A stretch of DNA of 64,000 nt, taken from assembly GCA_963725865.1 (NCBI GenBank), contig CAVSAC010000014.1, positions 1,536,001 to 1,600,000 of the forward strand, read 5' to 3'. Source of the DNA: Candidatus Eiseniibacteriota bacterium. GTDB taxonomy: Bacteria > Eisenbacteria > RBG-16-71-46. Positions 19,770 through 31,856 of this stretch are shown piece after piece. Below the pieces are notes generated by a model. It ran no database searches. It saw nothing but the letters and a program-made list of their open reading frames with translations, and had not been told where the DNA came from. Position 1 is the stretch's first letter. Each line of letters opens with the position of its first letter. Made by a program: the position numbers and the translations under genes.

Positions 19770-20240
19770 TCAGCGAATCGCGCCCGAGCGCACCGCGTGG
19801 ATGTAGTCGGTCAGCACCGGCGTGTGCCCCGCGCTCCGCAGCGCGGCTGCGATCTGGCCGCGGTGGTAGCCGGAGTGCGAGGCGACCTGGGCGAGGATGT
19901 CCGCGACCGTGCTCGAGAACGTCTCGCCCTTGCTGTTCCGGTACGCGATCCGGTCCATCAGCCGCGCGGCGGTCAGCCCGTCGAGCCACGCGCGCCAGTC
20001 GCGCGCGCCCGCCTCGAGCTCCTTCGCGCACTGCTCCAACGTCAGGTCCGGCCACACCGCGAGCGGCGACGTGGTCCCCTGCAGGCGTGCGAGCCACAGG
20101 CGCTCGGCGGCCGCGATGTGGGCGAGCCAGCGCAGGGTGTCGGCCGGCGGCGCCCCCGCCGCGCGCATCGACGCGAGCGTCTCGCGGTCCGCCCAGGCGG
20201 TCCACGCGAGCTGGCGGCGCTGGTGGGCGAGCAGGTCCAT
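19770..20240 (-). CDS. DinB family protein
   Basis: MDLLAHQ...WAD...LAHIAAAERLWLARL...YRNSKGE...HSGYHRGQIA...DYI. Confidence 0.9.
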   Translation of the reverse strand: MDLLAHQRRQLAWTAWADRETLASMRAAGAPPADTLRWLAHIAAAERLWLARLQGTTSPLAVWPDLTLEQCAKELEAGARDWRAWLDGLTAARLMDRIAYRNSKGETFSSTVADILAQVASHSGYHRGQIAAALRSAGHTPVLTDYIHAVRSGAIR

Positions 20241-20254
20241 GGCGTCCACCGCGC

Positions 20255-22752
<2,498 letters not shown>

Positions 22753-22756
<4 letters not shown>

Positions 22757-23190
22757 CGGCGCGGCTCCTCGATCGTGATGTCGCGGCGCGCGGGCGCCGG
22801 GGCGGCCCGCAGCTCGATCTCGAGCAGGCCGTCGCGGTAGTAGGCCTGCACCTTCGCCGGGTCGGCGTCCCACGGCAGCTCGATGACGCGGCGGAACTCG
22901 CCGAAGAAGATCTCCGCGCGATGGTAGTGGGCACCCGCCGGCCGCTCGGGCGCGGGTCGCCGGCCGGTCACCTCGAGCGCGCGGCCGTGGAGCCTTACGC
23001 GCACGTTCTCGCGCGGCACGCCCGCCAGCTCGATCAGCACGCGCGCCGAGTTGCGCGAGACCACCAGGTCGGCGGCCGGCGACCACGAGGGCTCGGCGAA
23101 ATGGGAGGAGCGCCGGTACACCTGGCTGTGGAACAGTCGCTCGACCTCGCGCTGCAGGGATTCGATCGGATCGTCGGGATCGCGGGACAT
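22753..23190 (-). CDS. Hsp20/alpha-crystallin small heat-shock protein
   Basis: WSPAADL, ELAGV, GEFRRVIELP, AYYRDGLLEI; overlaps the lon start (ATGA). Confidence 0.93.
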
Positions 23191-23322
23191 GGCAGGCTCC
23201 GGGGAGGCGAAAGGACGACCAGAGCCTAGGAGCCCGCTCGGAGCGGAGCAAGTGCGCGCCGCGGGCGTGCGGCGCTGCGGTCCGCGCCGCAGCCGCGCCG
23301 GGCGCGCGCGCGCGCGCGGGCT

Positions 23323-23496
23323 TCAGTAGGCCTGGGTCCAGTCGTGGACGGTGTGCACCACCGTCAGGCTCGCGCGCCGGCAGGTCTCGAGGAACGCCCC
23401 CGAGTTCGGCCACGCGTGCCGGCCGCACGCGCACTGCAGCCGCCCGTCGGGCAGCTCGTTCACCGGGCACTGCTTGTCCTTGCAGAACGGGCACAT
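23323..23496 (-). CDS. 57-aa Cys-rich small protein (putative zinc ribbon)
   Basis: Not in the ORF track. AGGAG RBS; MCPFCKDKQCPVNELPDGRLQCACGRHAWPNSGAFLETCRRASLTVVHTVHDWTQAY*; almost every codon ends in G/C. Confidence 0.75.
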   Translation of the reverse strand: MCPFCKDKQCPVNELPDGRLQCACGRHAWPNSGAFLETCRRASLTVVHTVHDWTQAY

Positions 23497-23571
23497 GGTC
23501 GATCGGCTCCTGACTCTGGGATCGTGGAGGCCGGGACCATAGCGGGCGCGGCCGGCACGGGCAACCGGGCG

Positions 23572-24900
23572 TCAGCCGAGCACGCCCGCCGCGGTCGCCA
23601 CCTCGGACGGGACCGCGTTCGCCCGCGCGATCCGCGCGAACAGCTCGGCGCTGCGGGTGCGCGTGCGGGTGCGCGCGGGGTCCTGGAAGTCGACGCGATA
23701 GAGCCCGAAGCGAGCGTGGTAGCCGTCGGCCCACTCGAAGTTGTCGAGCAGCGACCAGTGCAGGTAGCCGAGCACGGTCGCGCCGCGCCCGATCGCGCGG
23801 CCCATCGCGAGCACGTGCTCGACGAGCGCGCGCGGACGGAACGCGTCGGTGGCGTCGGCGAAGCCGTTCTCGGTCACCAGCACCGGCGCGCCGGCGGTGC
23901 CGAACGCGCGCACGATCGCGTCCTCGAAGCCAAGCGGGTGGATCTCCCACCCGAGGTCGTTGTGCGGCGCGCCCGGGCGCAGCACGTGCGGGTCGGGCGC
24001 GAACATACGCACCAGCCAGCGCGTGTAGTAGTTCAGGCCGATCCAGTCGAGGCTCCGCTCCAGCTCGGGCACCGTGCGCCGCACGCCGCGCGCGCCCGGG
24101 ATGTCCAGCCGCAGCTCGCCCGTGGCGCCGGCCCGCAACACCGCCTCGTTGAACACCGCGTCCTCGAGGCGCGCGCGCAGCACGTCGAGCGGGAACCAGG
24201 CGCGTGCGGGCTCGAGCGTGACCAGGTGCTTGGCGAAGCCCACCCGCGCCGCGTGCCCGTCGCCGTCGGCGTCGACCTGGTCCTCGGCGTGCAGCAGGTG
24301 GTAGGCACGGCCGTGCGCCTCGAGCAGGTGGGCCATCACCGCGAGCGCGGCGCTCTCGTCGCGCTCGCCGGGCGGCCACACGCCCTCGGAGTAAGCGCGG
24401 AACGCGTACACCTCGGGTTCGTTGATGGTGCACCACCAGTCCACCAGGTCGCCGAACTCGCGCGCGCACAGGCGCACGAATTCGAGGAAGCGGTCGATGG
24501 TGGCGCGGCGCTCCCAGCCGCCGCGGTCGGCGATCCAGAGCGGGAGCGTGAAGTGCCAGAGCGTCACGCACGGCTCGATGCGGCGCGCGCGCAGCGCCTT
24601 CAGCACCTCGCGGTAGTGTGCGACCGCCGCGGTGTCGACGTGGCCGCGCTCGGGCTCGATGCGGCTCCACTCCAGCGACAGGCGGTGCATGGTGTGGCCG
24701 TCCGCGGCGGCGAGATCGAAGTCGTGCGCGAAGAGCTCGTAGTGTCGGCACGCGTCGCCGCTCACGTCACCGCCACGGATCTTGCCGGGCAGCTGCTCGA
24801 ACCGCCACCAGTCGTTCGCGCGGTTGCCGCCCTCGACCTGGTGCGCGGCGGTCGCCGCTCCCCAGCGGAAGCCGGCGGGGAACTGGACGAGCGTGCTCAT
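23572..24900 (-). CDS. Glycoside hydrolase family 1 (beta-glucosidase)
   Basis: FPAGFRWGAATAAHQVEG, RLSLEWSRIEP, TINEP (acid/base), TENG (nucleophile), WSLLDNFEW. Confidence 0.96.
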   Translation of the reverse strand: MSTLVQFPAGFRWGAATAAHQVEGGNRANDWWRFEQLPGKIRGGDVSGDACRHYELFAHDFDLAAADGHTMHRLSLEWSRIEPERGHVDTAAVAHYREVLKALRARRIEPCVTLWHFTLPLWIADRGGWERRATIDRFLEFVRLCAREFGDLVDWWCTINEPEVYAFRAYSEGVWPPGERDESAALAVMAHLLEAHGRAYHLLHAEDQVDADGDGHAARVGFAKHLVTLEPARAWFPLDVLRARLEDAVFNEAVLRAGATGELRLDIPGARGVRRTVPELERSLDWIGLNYYTRWLVRMFAPDPHVLRPGAPHNDLGWEIHPLGFEDAIVRAFGTAGAPVLVTENGFADATDAFRPRALVEHVLAMGRAIGRGATVLGYLHWSLLDNFEWADGYHARFGLYRVDFQDPARTRTRTRSAELFARIARANAVPSEVATAAGVLG

Positions 24901-26501
24901 GGTCGGGACCCCCGCGGATCGGACGGGTGCGCCGGCGGCGCGGTGGGCGCGGCCGCCGCGGAGGCCGGCGCCACGGCCGCCGCCGGCTCTGCGCTCAGTT
25001 GATAGACGGTCTCCTCGGCGAGCCGGCAGCGGCGCGTGGCGCGCGGCGGCGGGCCGTCGCGCGAGAGCAGCGCGACCGCCTCTTCGGTGGCGAACACCGG
25101 GCGCCCTGCACCCAGCAGGCGCGCGGTCTCGGCGCGGTAGGGGGCGAGCGAATCCGCGGTGGTCTCGGGCGGCAGCCCCATCACGACCACGTTCGCGAAG
25201 AACGGCAGCGCGATCCGCCCCTCGCCCAGCGTCGAGGCCGGGCCCACCACCAGCACGCCGCGCCCGGGCTTCAGCCACCGTTCGGCGACGCGCAGGTCAT
25301 CGCGGTAGCCCGCGGTGCGCGGATCCATCATGGGCAGGACGCGGTGGGTGAGGTTCACACCGGTCATCAACGCCAGAGTGAGCACCGTGAGCGCCACCGC
25401 GGCGCGCGCCGGGAGCGCCGCCGGGCGCGCCACGTACGCGGCCAGCAGCATCCAGCCGAGCGCCGAGGCGAGCACCCAGTGATCGATGTCGGCGGGCGAG
25501 AACCAGAGGATGAACGCGGCCATCAGCAGCGCGGCGAGTCCCAGCGCCAGCGTGAGGAGATCGCGCGCCCGCAGCGCGCGCGCCACGCCGCGCGCGGCGC
25601 CGGCGGCGAGCAGCGCGCAGCCGGCGAGCGCCGCAGCCATCGCCGCGACCGCCAGCCACTCGAGCGGGGCGCCGGGGGACTCGCGCAGGCGCGAGAGCGG
25701 CGTGAGCGTCACCAGGCTGCCGGCGGCCCCGCGCACGAACAGGTGCATCGAGGTGGTGACCGGCTCCTGCGCCAGCATCGCGCGATCGCGCACGTGGAGG
25801 ATCCAGTCGAACAGCGCGGTCGGGGTGCGGGCGCCCACCGCCGCCACGCCCACCGCGACGTAGGCGGCCGCGACCGGGAGCGCCCACGCGAGCGCGAACG
25901 CGAGCTGATCGCGCGCCGGGAGCCGCGGGCGCGCGAGCATCAGCGCGAGGCTCACGCCGACGGCCGCGAGCACCACGAGCTGGTGAACGAGCACCGCGGC
26001 CGCCATCGCCACCCCGGCGCCGACCCACGCCGCCGTGCCGCGCGCGCGCGTCACGCCCACCAGGCCGATCAGCAGCAGGAGCAGGGCCGGCATCATCGCC
26101 TCGACCTCGCTCGAGAACAGCCACACCGAGTTCAGCAGCCCGAGCCCGCAGGCGGCGAGCACGGCGCGCGCCCGCGATCCGGTGGCGGCCGCCACCAGCC
26201 AGCCGGCCAGCACCACGCTCGCGGCGCCGGTGACCGCGCTCAGCACCACCAGCGGCGCGAACGGATCGCGCACGCCGAGCCCGCGCGCGAGCGGCTCCAG
26301 CGGCAGCGCGGCGGACAGATAGAGGAGGTGATGCGGGTGGAAGAGGTGCGTCGAGAGGCAGGTCTCGGCGAGCAGCGGATGGCGGACCAGCCGTGCGGTG
26401 TAGGCGATCGCGTCCCACCCGTGCACGCGGCTCGCGGTGGCGAGGTCGAGCGCCAGGTAGCCTGCGCCGATGGCCGTCAGCGTGCGCGCCGGGAGGCTCA
26501 T
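24897..26501 (-). CDS. Polytopic membrane protein, probable GT-C-fold glycosyltransferase
   Basis: About 11 TM segments; GWDAIAY, FHPHHLLY, W.FS.EVE motifs; ATGA overlap with GH1. Confidence 0.6.
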   Translation of the reverse strand: MSLPARTLTAIGAGYLALDLATASRVHGWDAIAYTARLVRHPLLAETCLSTHLFHPHHLLYLSAALPLEPLARGLGVRDPFAPLVVLSAVTGAASVVLAGWLVAAATGSRARAVLAACGLGLLNSVWLFSSEVEAMMPALLLLLIGLVGVTRARGTAAWVGAGVAMAAAVLVHQLVVLAAVGVSLALMLARPRLPARDQLAFALAWALPVAAAYVAVGVAAVGARTPTALFDWILHVRDRAMLAQEPVTTSMHLFVRGAAGSLVTLTPLSRLRESPGAPLEWLAVAAMAAALAGCALLAAGAARGVARALRARDLLTLALGLAALLMAAFILWFSPADIDHWVLASALGWMLLAAYVARPAALPARAAVALTVLTLALMTGVNLTHRVLPMMDPRTAGYRDDLRVAERWLKPGRGVLVVGPASTLGEGRIALPFFANVVVMGLPPETTADSLAPYRAETARLLGAGRPVFATEEAVALLSRDGPPPRATRRCRLAEETVYQLSAEPAAAVAPASAAAAPTAPPAHPSDPRGSRP

Positions 26502-26505
26502 GGCC

Positions 26506-26832
26506 TCAGGTCCTGCGATCCGCCTTCGCCAGCTCGTCGTCGATCATCGCGCGCACCGCCATCGCGGTCGGGAAGCCCAGCGTGGTGACGGCGAGCAGCG
26601 CGACGTGACGCAGCTCGTCGTCCGTCACGCCGGACGCGAGCGCACGGCGCACGTGCGAGTGCACGCCGCCCTCCATGCGCGCGCCGGCCGCGAGCGCGAG
26701 CTTGACCAGCGCGGCCTGCTTCTCGTCCAGCGGGCCGGCCGCGCGTGCCGCGTCGCCGAGCGCCTCGTAGGCCCGGGCGACCGCAGGATAGCGCGTGCGG
26801 AACGCGTCGTAGAACGAAGGGACCTTCGACAT
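26506..26832 (-). CDS. Carboxymuconolactone decarboxylase (CMD/AhpD-like) family protein
   Basis: GPLDEK..ALVKLALA.G...GGVHSHVRRAL..G...DEL.HV.LL..TTLGFP. Confidence 0.92.
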   Translation of the reverse strand: MSKVPSFYDAFRTRYPAVARAYEALGDAARAAGPLDEKQAALVKLALAAGARMEGGVHSHVRRALASGVTDDELRHVALLAVTTLGFPTAMAVRAMIDDELAKADRRT

Positions 26833-26917
26833 GCCTCAGCCTCCTCGATTCGGACGACTCCGCGGTCCCCCCGCGGGTCGGCTGCGCCGATTCCGCGCGG
26901 GAAGGTACCATGCCCTC

Positions 26918-27826
26918 ATGCGGCGGGTGTCGGTGCACCTCGACGGGGAGTGGCGGGCGGTGGCGGATCCCGCGTGGCTCGTGGGCTGGGATCCACAACC
27001 GTTCGAGCTCGCGGGCGGCACCACCGAGGTCGTGGTGATGGGCGCTGGGCCGCCGCTGCTGCTGCTGCCGCCGCTGCCGGGGTGGAAGGAGGCGTGGGCC
27101 GCGTGCGCGGTCCTGCTCGCGCGCCGATTCCGGGTGGTGACGTTCGACCTGCGCGCGCGCTACGCCCCGGAGGATCGCTGGGCGCAGTGCATCGACGACA
27201 CCCTGCACGTCGCGGACGCGCTCGCGCCGGGGCGCTTCGTGCTCGTCGGCCACTCGCTCGGCGGCGCGCTGGCGCAGCGCGTCGCGCTCGCGCATCCGCA
27301 GCGCGTGGCGGCCGTGGTGCTCTCGAGCACGTTCGCGCGCATCGCCTCGCCGCCCGGCACGTCGACGAAGCGCCTGGTCGAGCAGCCGTTCGTGCTGGCG
27401 ACCCAGCGCCTGCTGCCCGATCCGCTCGCGGCGCCGCTGGCGCGGCACCTGGCGGAGAGCGGCGCGTGGGTGTACGACCCGGCCTGCGGCGAGCGCGTGC
27501 TGGCGTTCGTGCGCTACGCGATCCGCCGCGCCCCGACCCGCGACGTGGCGGTCATGGTGCGGCTGGCACTCGGCCACGACACCCGCACGCTGCTGCCGTC
27601 GCTGGCCGCGCCGACCCTGGTGCTGCACGGCGGGCGCGAGAGCGGCTTCGTGCGCGAGGCCGCGGCCGAGATGGTGCGCCTGCTGCCGCACGCGGAGTGC
27701 GCGGTGCTGCCCGGTGTGGGCCACCTGCACCTGCTCTCGGCGCCCGACGTGCTGGCGGGGACCATCGAGCGCTGGCTGGATCGCGCCGCGCCCGACGGCC
27801 GTCTTCCGGCGCGCGGAGGCGCGTGA
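26918..27826 (+). CDS. Alpha/beta-fold hydrolase
   Basis: GHSLGG nucleophile elbow, PTLVLHG, PGVGH; start uncertain. Confidence 0.88.
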   Translation: MRRVSVHLDGEWRAVADPAWLVGWDPQPFELAGGTTEVVVMGAGPPLLLLPPLPGWKEAWAACAVLLARRFRVVTFDLRARYAPEDRWAQCIDDTLHVADALAPGRFVLVGHSLGGALAQRVALAHPQRVAAVVLSSTFARIASPPGTSTKRLVEQPFVLATQRLLPDPLAAPLARHLAESGAWVYDPACGERVLAFVRYAIRRAPTRDVAVMVRLALGHDTRTLLPSLAAPTLVLHGGRESGFVREAAAEMVRLLPHAECAVLPGVGHLHLLSAPDVLAGTIERWLDRAAPDGRLPARGGA

Positions 27827-27838
27827 TAGCGTGCGGGC

Positions 27839-29113
27839 GTGACGGGTACCTCCTCTGGCGGTCTCTCCGACCGCTTCCGCGCCCTGCGCCATCCCAACTT
27901 CCGCCTCTACTGGAGCGGCCAGCTCGTCTCGCTCGTCGGCACCTGGATGCAGAGCGTGGCGCAGGGCTGGCTGATGCACCGGCTCACCTCCTCGCCCTTC
28001 ATGCTCGGACTGCTGGCGTTCATGCAGTTCTTCCCGGTGATGCTGCTGTCGCTGTGGGCGGGCGTGTTGCTGGACCGCGTCGACAAGCGGCGCGTGATCA
28101 TGGTGACCCAGTTCGGCTTCCTCGTGCAGGCCACCGCGCTCGCCGCGCTCACCTCGAGCGGCAACGTGCGCCCGTGGATGCTGCTGGCGCTGGCGTTCCT
28201 GTTCGGCGTGTTCAACGCGTTCGACCTGCCGAGTCGCCAGTCGTTCGTGGTCGACCTGGTGGGCAAGGACGACCTCTCGAACGGCATCGCGCTCAACTCG
28301 GCGGCGTTCAACTCCGCGCGCATCGTGGGGCCCGCGGTCGCGGGGGTGCTGGTCGCCACCATCGGAGAGCAGGGCTGCTTCTGGCTCAACGCGGTCTCGT
28401 ACCTGGCCGTGCTGGCGAGCCTGTTCGCCCTGCGCCTGCCGCCGCACGCGCCGTCGGCGGGCTCCGACGACGCGGTGGCGTTCCTGCGCGAGGGCGTGCG
28501 GTACACGTGGCGGACGTCCGCGCTGCGGAACCTGCTCCTGCTGCTCGGCGTGTGCGCGGGGATCGGGTTCCAGTACATGGTGCTGTTGCCGGTGTACGCG
28601 CGCGACATCCTGCACGCTGGAGCGGGGGCGTACGGCCTGCTGGTGTCGGCGTTCGGAGTCGGCTCGCTCGCCTCGGCGGTGTTGATGACGCGCCGGCTCG
28701 ACCGCGGGGCGCTGCGGCGCCACCTGCTGATCGGGCTCGCCGCCGGCGGCCTGGGGATGACGGTGTTCGCGTGGTCGCGGCTGCTGTGGCTGACGATGGC
28801 GGGCGGGCTGCTCGCGGGCTTCGGCCTCATCCTCTACGTCGCGAGCACGAACGTGCTGCTCCAGATGACCACCGAGGACCGCTTCCGCGGACGGGTGATG
28901 AGCCTCTACACCCTGCTGTTCGTGGGCACCGCGCCGTTCGGAGCGCTGCTCACGGGCACGCTGGCGCAGCGCGTGAACGCGCCGATCGCGACGTCGTTCA
29001 GCGCGCTGGTGCTGCTGGGCGGGGCACTCTGGGTGTCGTATCGGCTGCGAATGCTCGCCGCGCGCGGGACCCCGGGCGGCACGCCGCCGCCGCTGGTGGA
29101 GAGCGTGCGCTGA
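27839..29113 (+). CDS. MFS transporter (MFS_3/DUF894-like)
   Basis: FRALRHPNFRLYWSGQLVSLVGTWMQ, GVLLDRVDKRR, ALNSAAFNSARIVGP, RGRVMS; 12 TM. Confidence 0.95.
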   Translation: MTGTSSGGLSDRFRALRHPNFRLYWSGQLVSLVGTWMQSVAQGWLMHRLTSSPFMLGLLAFMQFFPVMLLSLWAGVLLDRVDKRRVIMVTQFGFLVQATALAALTSSGNVRPWMLLALAFLFGVFNAFDLPSRQSFVVDLVGKDDLSNGIALNSAAFNSARIVGPAVAGVLVATIGEQGCFWLNAVSYLAVLASLFALRLPPHAPSAGSDDAVAFLREGVRYTWRTSALRNLLLLLGVCAGIGFQYMVLLPVYARDILHAGAGAYGLLVSAFGVGSLASAVLMTRRLDRGALRRHLLIGLAAGGLGMTVFAWSRLLWLTMAGGLLAGFGLILYVASTNVLLQMTTEDRFRGRVMSLYTLLFVGTAPFGALLTGTLAQRVNAPIATSFSALVLLGGALWVSYRLRMLAARGTPGGTPPPLVESVR

Positions 29114-29251
29114 CCGCGCGAGGCGGCGTCGGCGCGCGTTACCGCGGTTCAGCGGGATCATCCGCACCCGGGCCGCGCCGCCGCACGAGGGCTCCGCTCG
29201 GGTAGACTGAAGTCCCCCCCGATCGGCTCCCGGCCTCAGAGGAACGCTCCC

Positions 29252-31747
29252 ATGCGACGAGTCGCCGCTCTGCTGCTCCCGATGTTGCTCGCGGCCGCGA
29301 GCGGCACCGCGTCCGCCGCGGCCGCCGCGCCGGCCGCGCTCGCTCCCACCCAGCGCGTCCGCGTGGCGCTCGATCCGCCGGCCCGGCTCGAGACGCTGCT
29401 CCGCGAGGGATTCGACGTGGTCGCGGTGCGGCCCGGGGCGTGGGCCGACGTGTTCGTGCGCGACACCGACGCGGCGCGGCTCGCGGCGCTCGGGATCGCG
29501 GCCGCGGTGCAGGACGACGCGGTCGAGGCGCACTACGCCGCTCGCGCCGCCGCCGAGCTCGCCGGCCGCCCGCGCCCCGCGGGCGCCCCGGTGTGGAGCG
29601 CGGCGCGCGCGGACGGCGCGTTCCGTGTCGAGGCGCTGCCGCCGTTCGGCTCCGGCAGCATGGGCGGGTTCTGGACGCTTGCCGAGGTGAAGATGAAGCT
29701 CGACTCGCTGGTCGCGAGCGACACCCGGGACCTGGTGGCGGATCGGGTCGACACCATCGGCACCACGGTCGAGGGGCGGCCGATCTGGGGGCTCGAGATC
29801 GGCAAGCGCGCGAGCGGTCCCGACCCGCGGCCGGTGGTGGCGCTCAACGCGCTCACCCACGCGCGCGAGCCCGAGGGCATGCAGGCGGTGTTCTACTTCA
29901 TCGACGACCTGCTCGCGCGCTACGGGACCGATCCGTTCGCGACCTACCTGCTCGAGCACCGGCGCATCCACATCGTGCCGGTGGTGAACCCCGACGGCTA
30001 CGCCTACAACCAGACGATCGCGCCCGGCGGCGGCGGCGCCTGGCGCAAGAACCGCGTGAACAACGGCTCCTCGTTCGGCGTCGACCTGAACCGGAACTTC
30101 TCGGTGCACTGGGGCTTCGACAACGTGGGCTCGAGCCCCACGCCGAGCAGCGATGCCTATCGCGGGCCCGCGGCCTTCTCGGAGCCGGAGTCGCGCGCCC
30201 AGCGCGACCTCCACGCGGCCCTGCGGCCGCGCACCGGGCTCTCGTTCCATACCTACAGCGACCTGTTCCTGCACGCGTGGAGCTACGCGCCGGTGGCGAC
30301 CGCCGATTCGGCCGCGTTCTACGAGTGGGACGACGAAGGGACGTTCGGCGTGTCGTACCTCGCCGGGCAGCCCGCGCGGGTGCTGTACACGGCGAACGGC
30401 GACTTCTGCGACTGGACCTACGGCGACACGCTGACCAAGCCGCGATCCTACGCGTGGTCGCCCGAGGTCGGCACCGACGACGACGGCTTCTGGCCGCCGC
30501 CCTCGCGCATCGTGCCGCTCGCGCGCGAGAACCTGCGCAAGTGCTACCTCGTGACTGCGATCGCAGGCCCGTGGGTGCGCGCCGAGGGCAGCGCGCTGCT
30601 CGAGGGCGAGTTGCCGGTGGGGGGCCTCGCGCATCTCGCGGTGCGCGCGCGCAACCTCGGGCTCGACGCCACCCCGCCCGGGCTGGTCGCCGCGCTGCAC
30701 CCGCTCGACGCCGGCGTCGAGGTGCTCGCGGGCGCCGGCCCGGTCACCTACCCGGTGCTCGCCCCGCGCACCAGCGCGGACGCCGAGGACGGGGCCACGT
30801 TCACCGTCGCGACCGTCACCGACCTGGCGCCCGGACGGCGCGTGCGCTTCGAAGTGGACTTCTCCGCCGACAGCGGCTTCTTCTCGCGCGACACCGTCGA
30901 CGTGATCGTCGGGCATCCGACCGTGCTGCTGGTCGATCCCTGCGAGGGACTCACCGCCTGGAACTCGAGCGGCGGCTGGGGCGTGGTGGCGACCGACGCG
31001 GCCCATCCGGACCGCTACCTCGCCGACAGCCCGACCGGGCGCTACCCCGCGAACGCCAACCTGCGGCTGACCGCGACGTCGCACTTCGACCTCACGGCCG
31101 GCACGCACGCGTGGCTGCTGTTCGACGCGCGCTGGCAGTTCGAGCAGACCTATGACGGCGCGACGGTCGAGGCGAGTCTCGACAGCGTGTCCTGGACGCC
31201 GCTGGCCGGGCGCTCGACGTCGACCGGGGTGTTCTCGCCGCAGCCGGTGGGCGGACCCGTGTACCAGGGCTCGCGCTATCGGTGGCGGCCCGAGTCGGTG
31301 GACCTCGCGTCGTTCACCGGAGCCCCGGCTGGCGCGGTGCGGCTGCGAATCCGCACCGTCTCGGACCCGGCCTCGCAGTTCGGCGGCTTCGATCTCGACT
31401 CCCTGCGCGTGCTGCTCTACGACCCCGCCGCGCAGCCGATGCCGGTCGCCGTGGACGCCGCCTCGCCGGCCCGGCTGGCGCTGGCCGCGCCGTATCCCGA
31501 TCCCGCGCGCACCGAGGCGCGGCTCGGCTTCGCGCTGCCGGCCGCGGGCGCGGTGCGGCTCGAGGTGCTCGACGTGACGGGGCGTCGAGTGCGCATGCTG
31601 GCGGACGGCCGCTACGCCGCCGGTCGCTACGCGCTGGCATGGGACCTGCGCGACGACACCGGGCGCGCGGTGTCGCCGGGGCTCTACCTGCTGCGCCTCG
31701 CCGGCGAGCCGGGCGCGCTCGCGCGGCGGCTGGTGGTGCTGCACTGA
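29252..31747 (+). CDS. Secreted M14 zinc carboxypeptidase (carboxypeptidase T-like) with FlgD-type C-terminal domain
   Basis: Signal peptide; HAREPE, NPDGY, WRKNR, GVDLNRN, FSEPE, FHTYS; C-terminus LEVLDVTGRRVR...WDLRDDTG...PGLYLLRL. Confidence 0.95.
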   Translation: MRRVAALLLPMLLAAASGTASAAAAAPAALAPTQRVRVALDPPARLETLLREGFDVVAVRPGAWADVFVRDTDAARLAALGIAAAVQDDAVEAHYAARAAAELAGRPRPAGAPVWSAARADGAFRVEALPPFGSGSMGGFWTLAEVKMKLDSLVASDTRDLVADRVDTIGTTVEGRPIWGLEIGKRASGPDPRPVVALNALTHAREPEGMQAVFYFIDDLLARYGTDPFATYLLEHRRIHIVPVVNPDGYAYNQTIAPGGGGAWRKNRVNNGSSFGVDLNRNFSVHWGFDNVGSSPTPSSDAYRGPAAFSEPESRAQRDLHAALRPRTGLSFHTYSDLFLHAWSYAPVATADSAAFYEWDDEGTFGVSYLAGQPARVLYTANGDFCDWTYGDTLTKPRSYAWSPEVGTDDDGFWPPPSRIVPLARENLRKCYLVTAIAGPWVRAEGSALLEGELPVGGLAHLAVRARNLGLDATPPGLVAALHPLDAGVEVLAGAGPVTYPVLAPRTSADAEDGATFTVATVTDLAPGRRVRFEVDFSADSGFFSRDTVDVIVGHPTVLLVDPCEGLTAWNSSGGWGVVATDAAHPDRYLADSPTGRYPANANLRLTATSHFDLTAGTHAWLLFDARWQFEQTYDGATVEASLDSVSWTPLAGRSTSTGVFSPQPVGGPVYQGSRYRWRPESVDLASFTGAPAGAVRLRIRTVSDPASQFGGFDLDSLRVLLYDPAAQPMPVAVDAASPARLALAAPYPDPARTEARLGFALPAAGAVRLEVLDVTGRRVRMLADGRYAAGRYALAWDLRDDTGRAVSPGLYLLRLAGEPGALARRLVVLH

Positions 31748-31856
31748 CACGGTGCGGCCGCGGCCCGCGCCCGTAGCGGTGCCGCGACGAGCGCGAGCCC
31801 GGCCACGAGCCGAATCGCGCGCGGACGCATCCGCAACGGCAACCTCCCGCGGCCGC

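Noticed and set aside
26498..31750. 1750-aa minus-strand ORF (also 18350..21952 +)
   Set aside because: Antisense to well-supported genes
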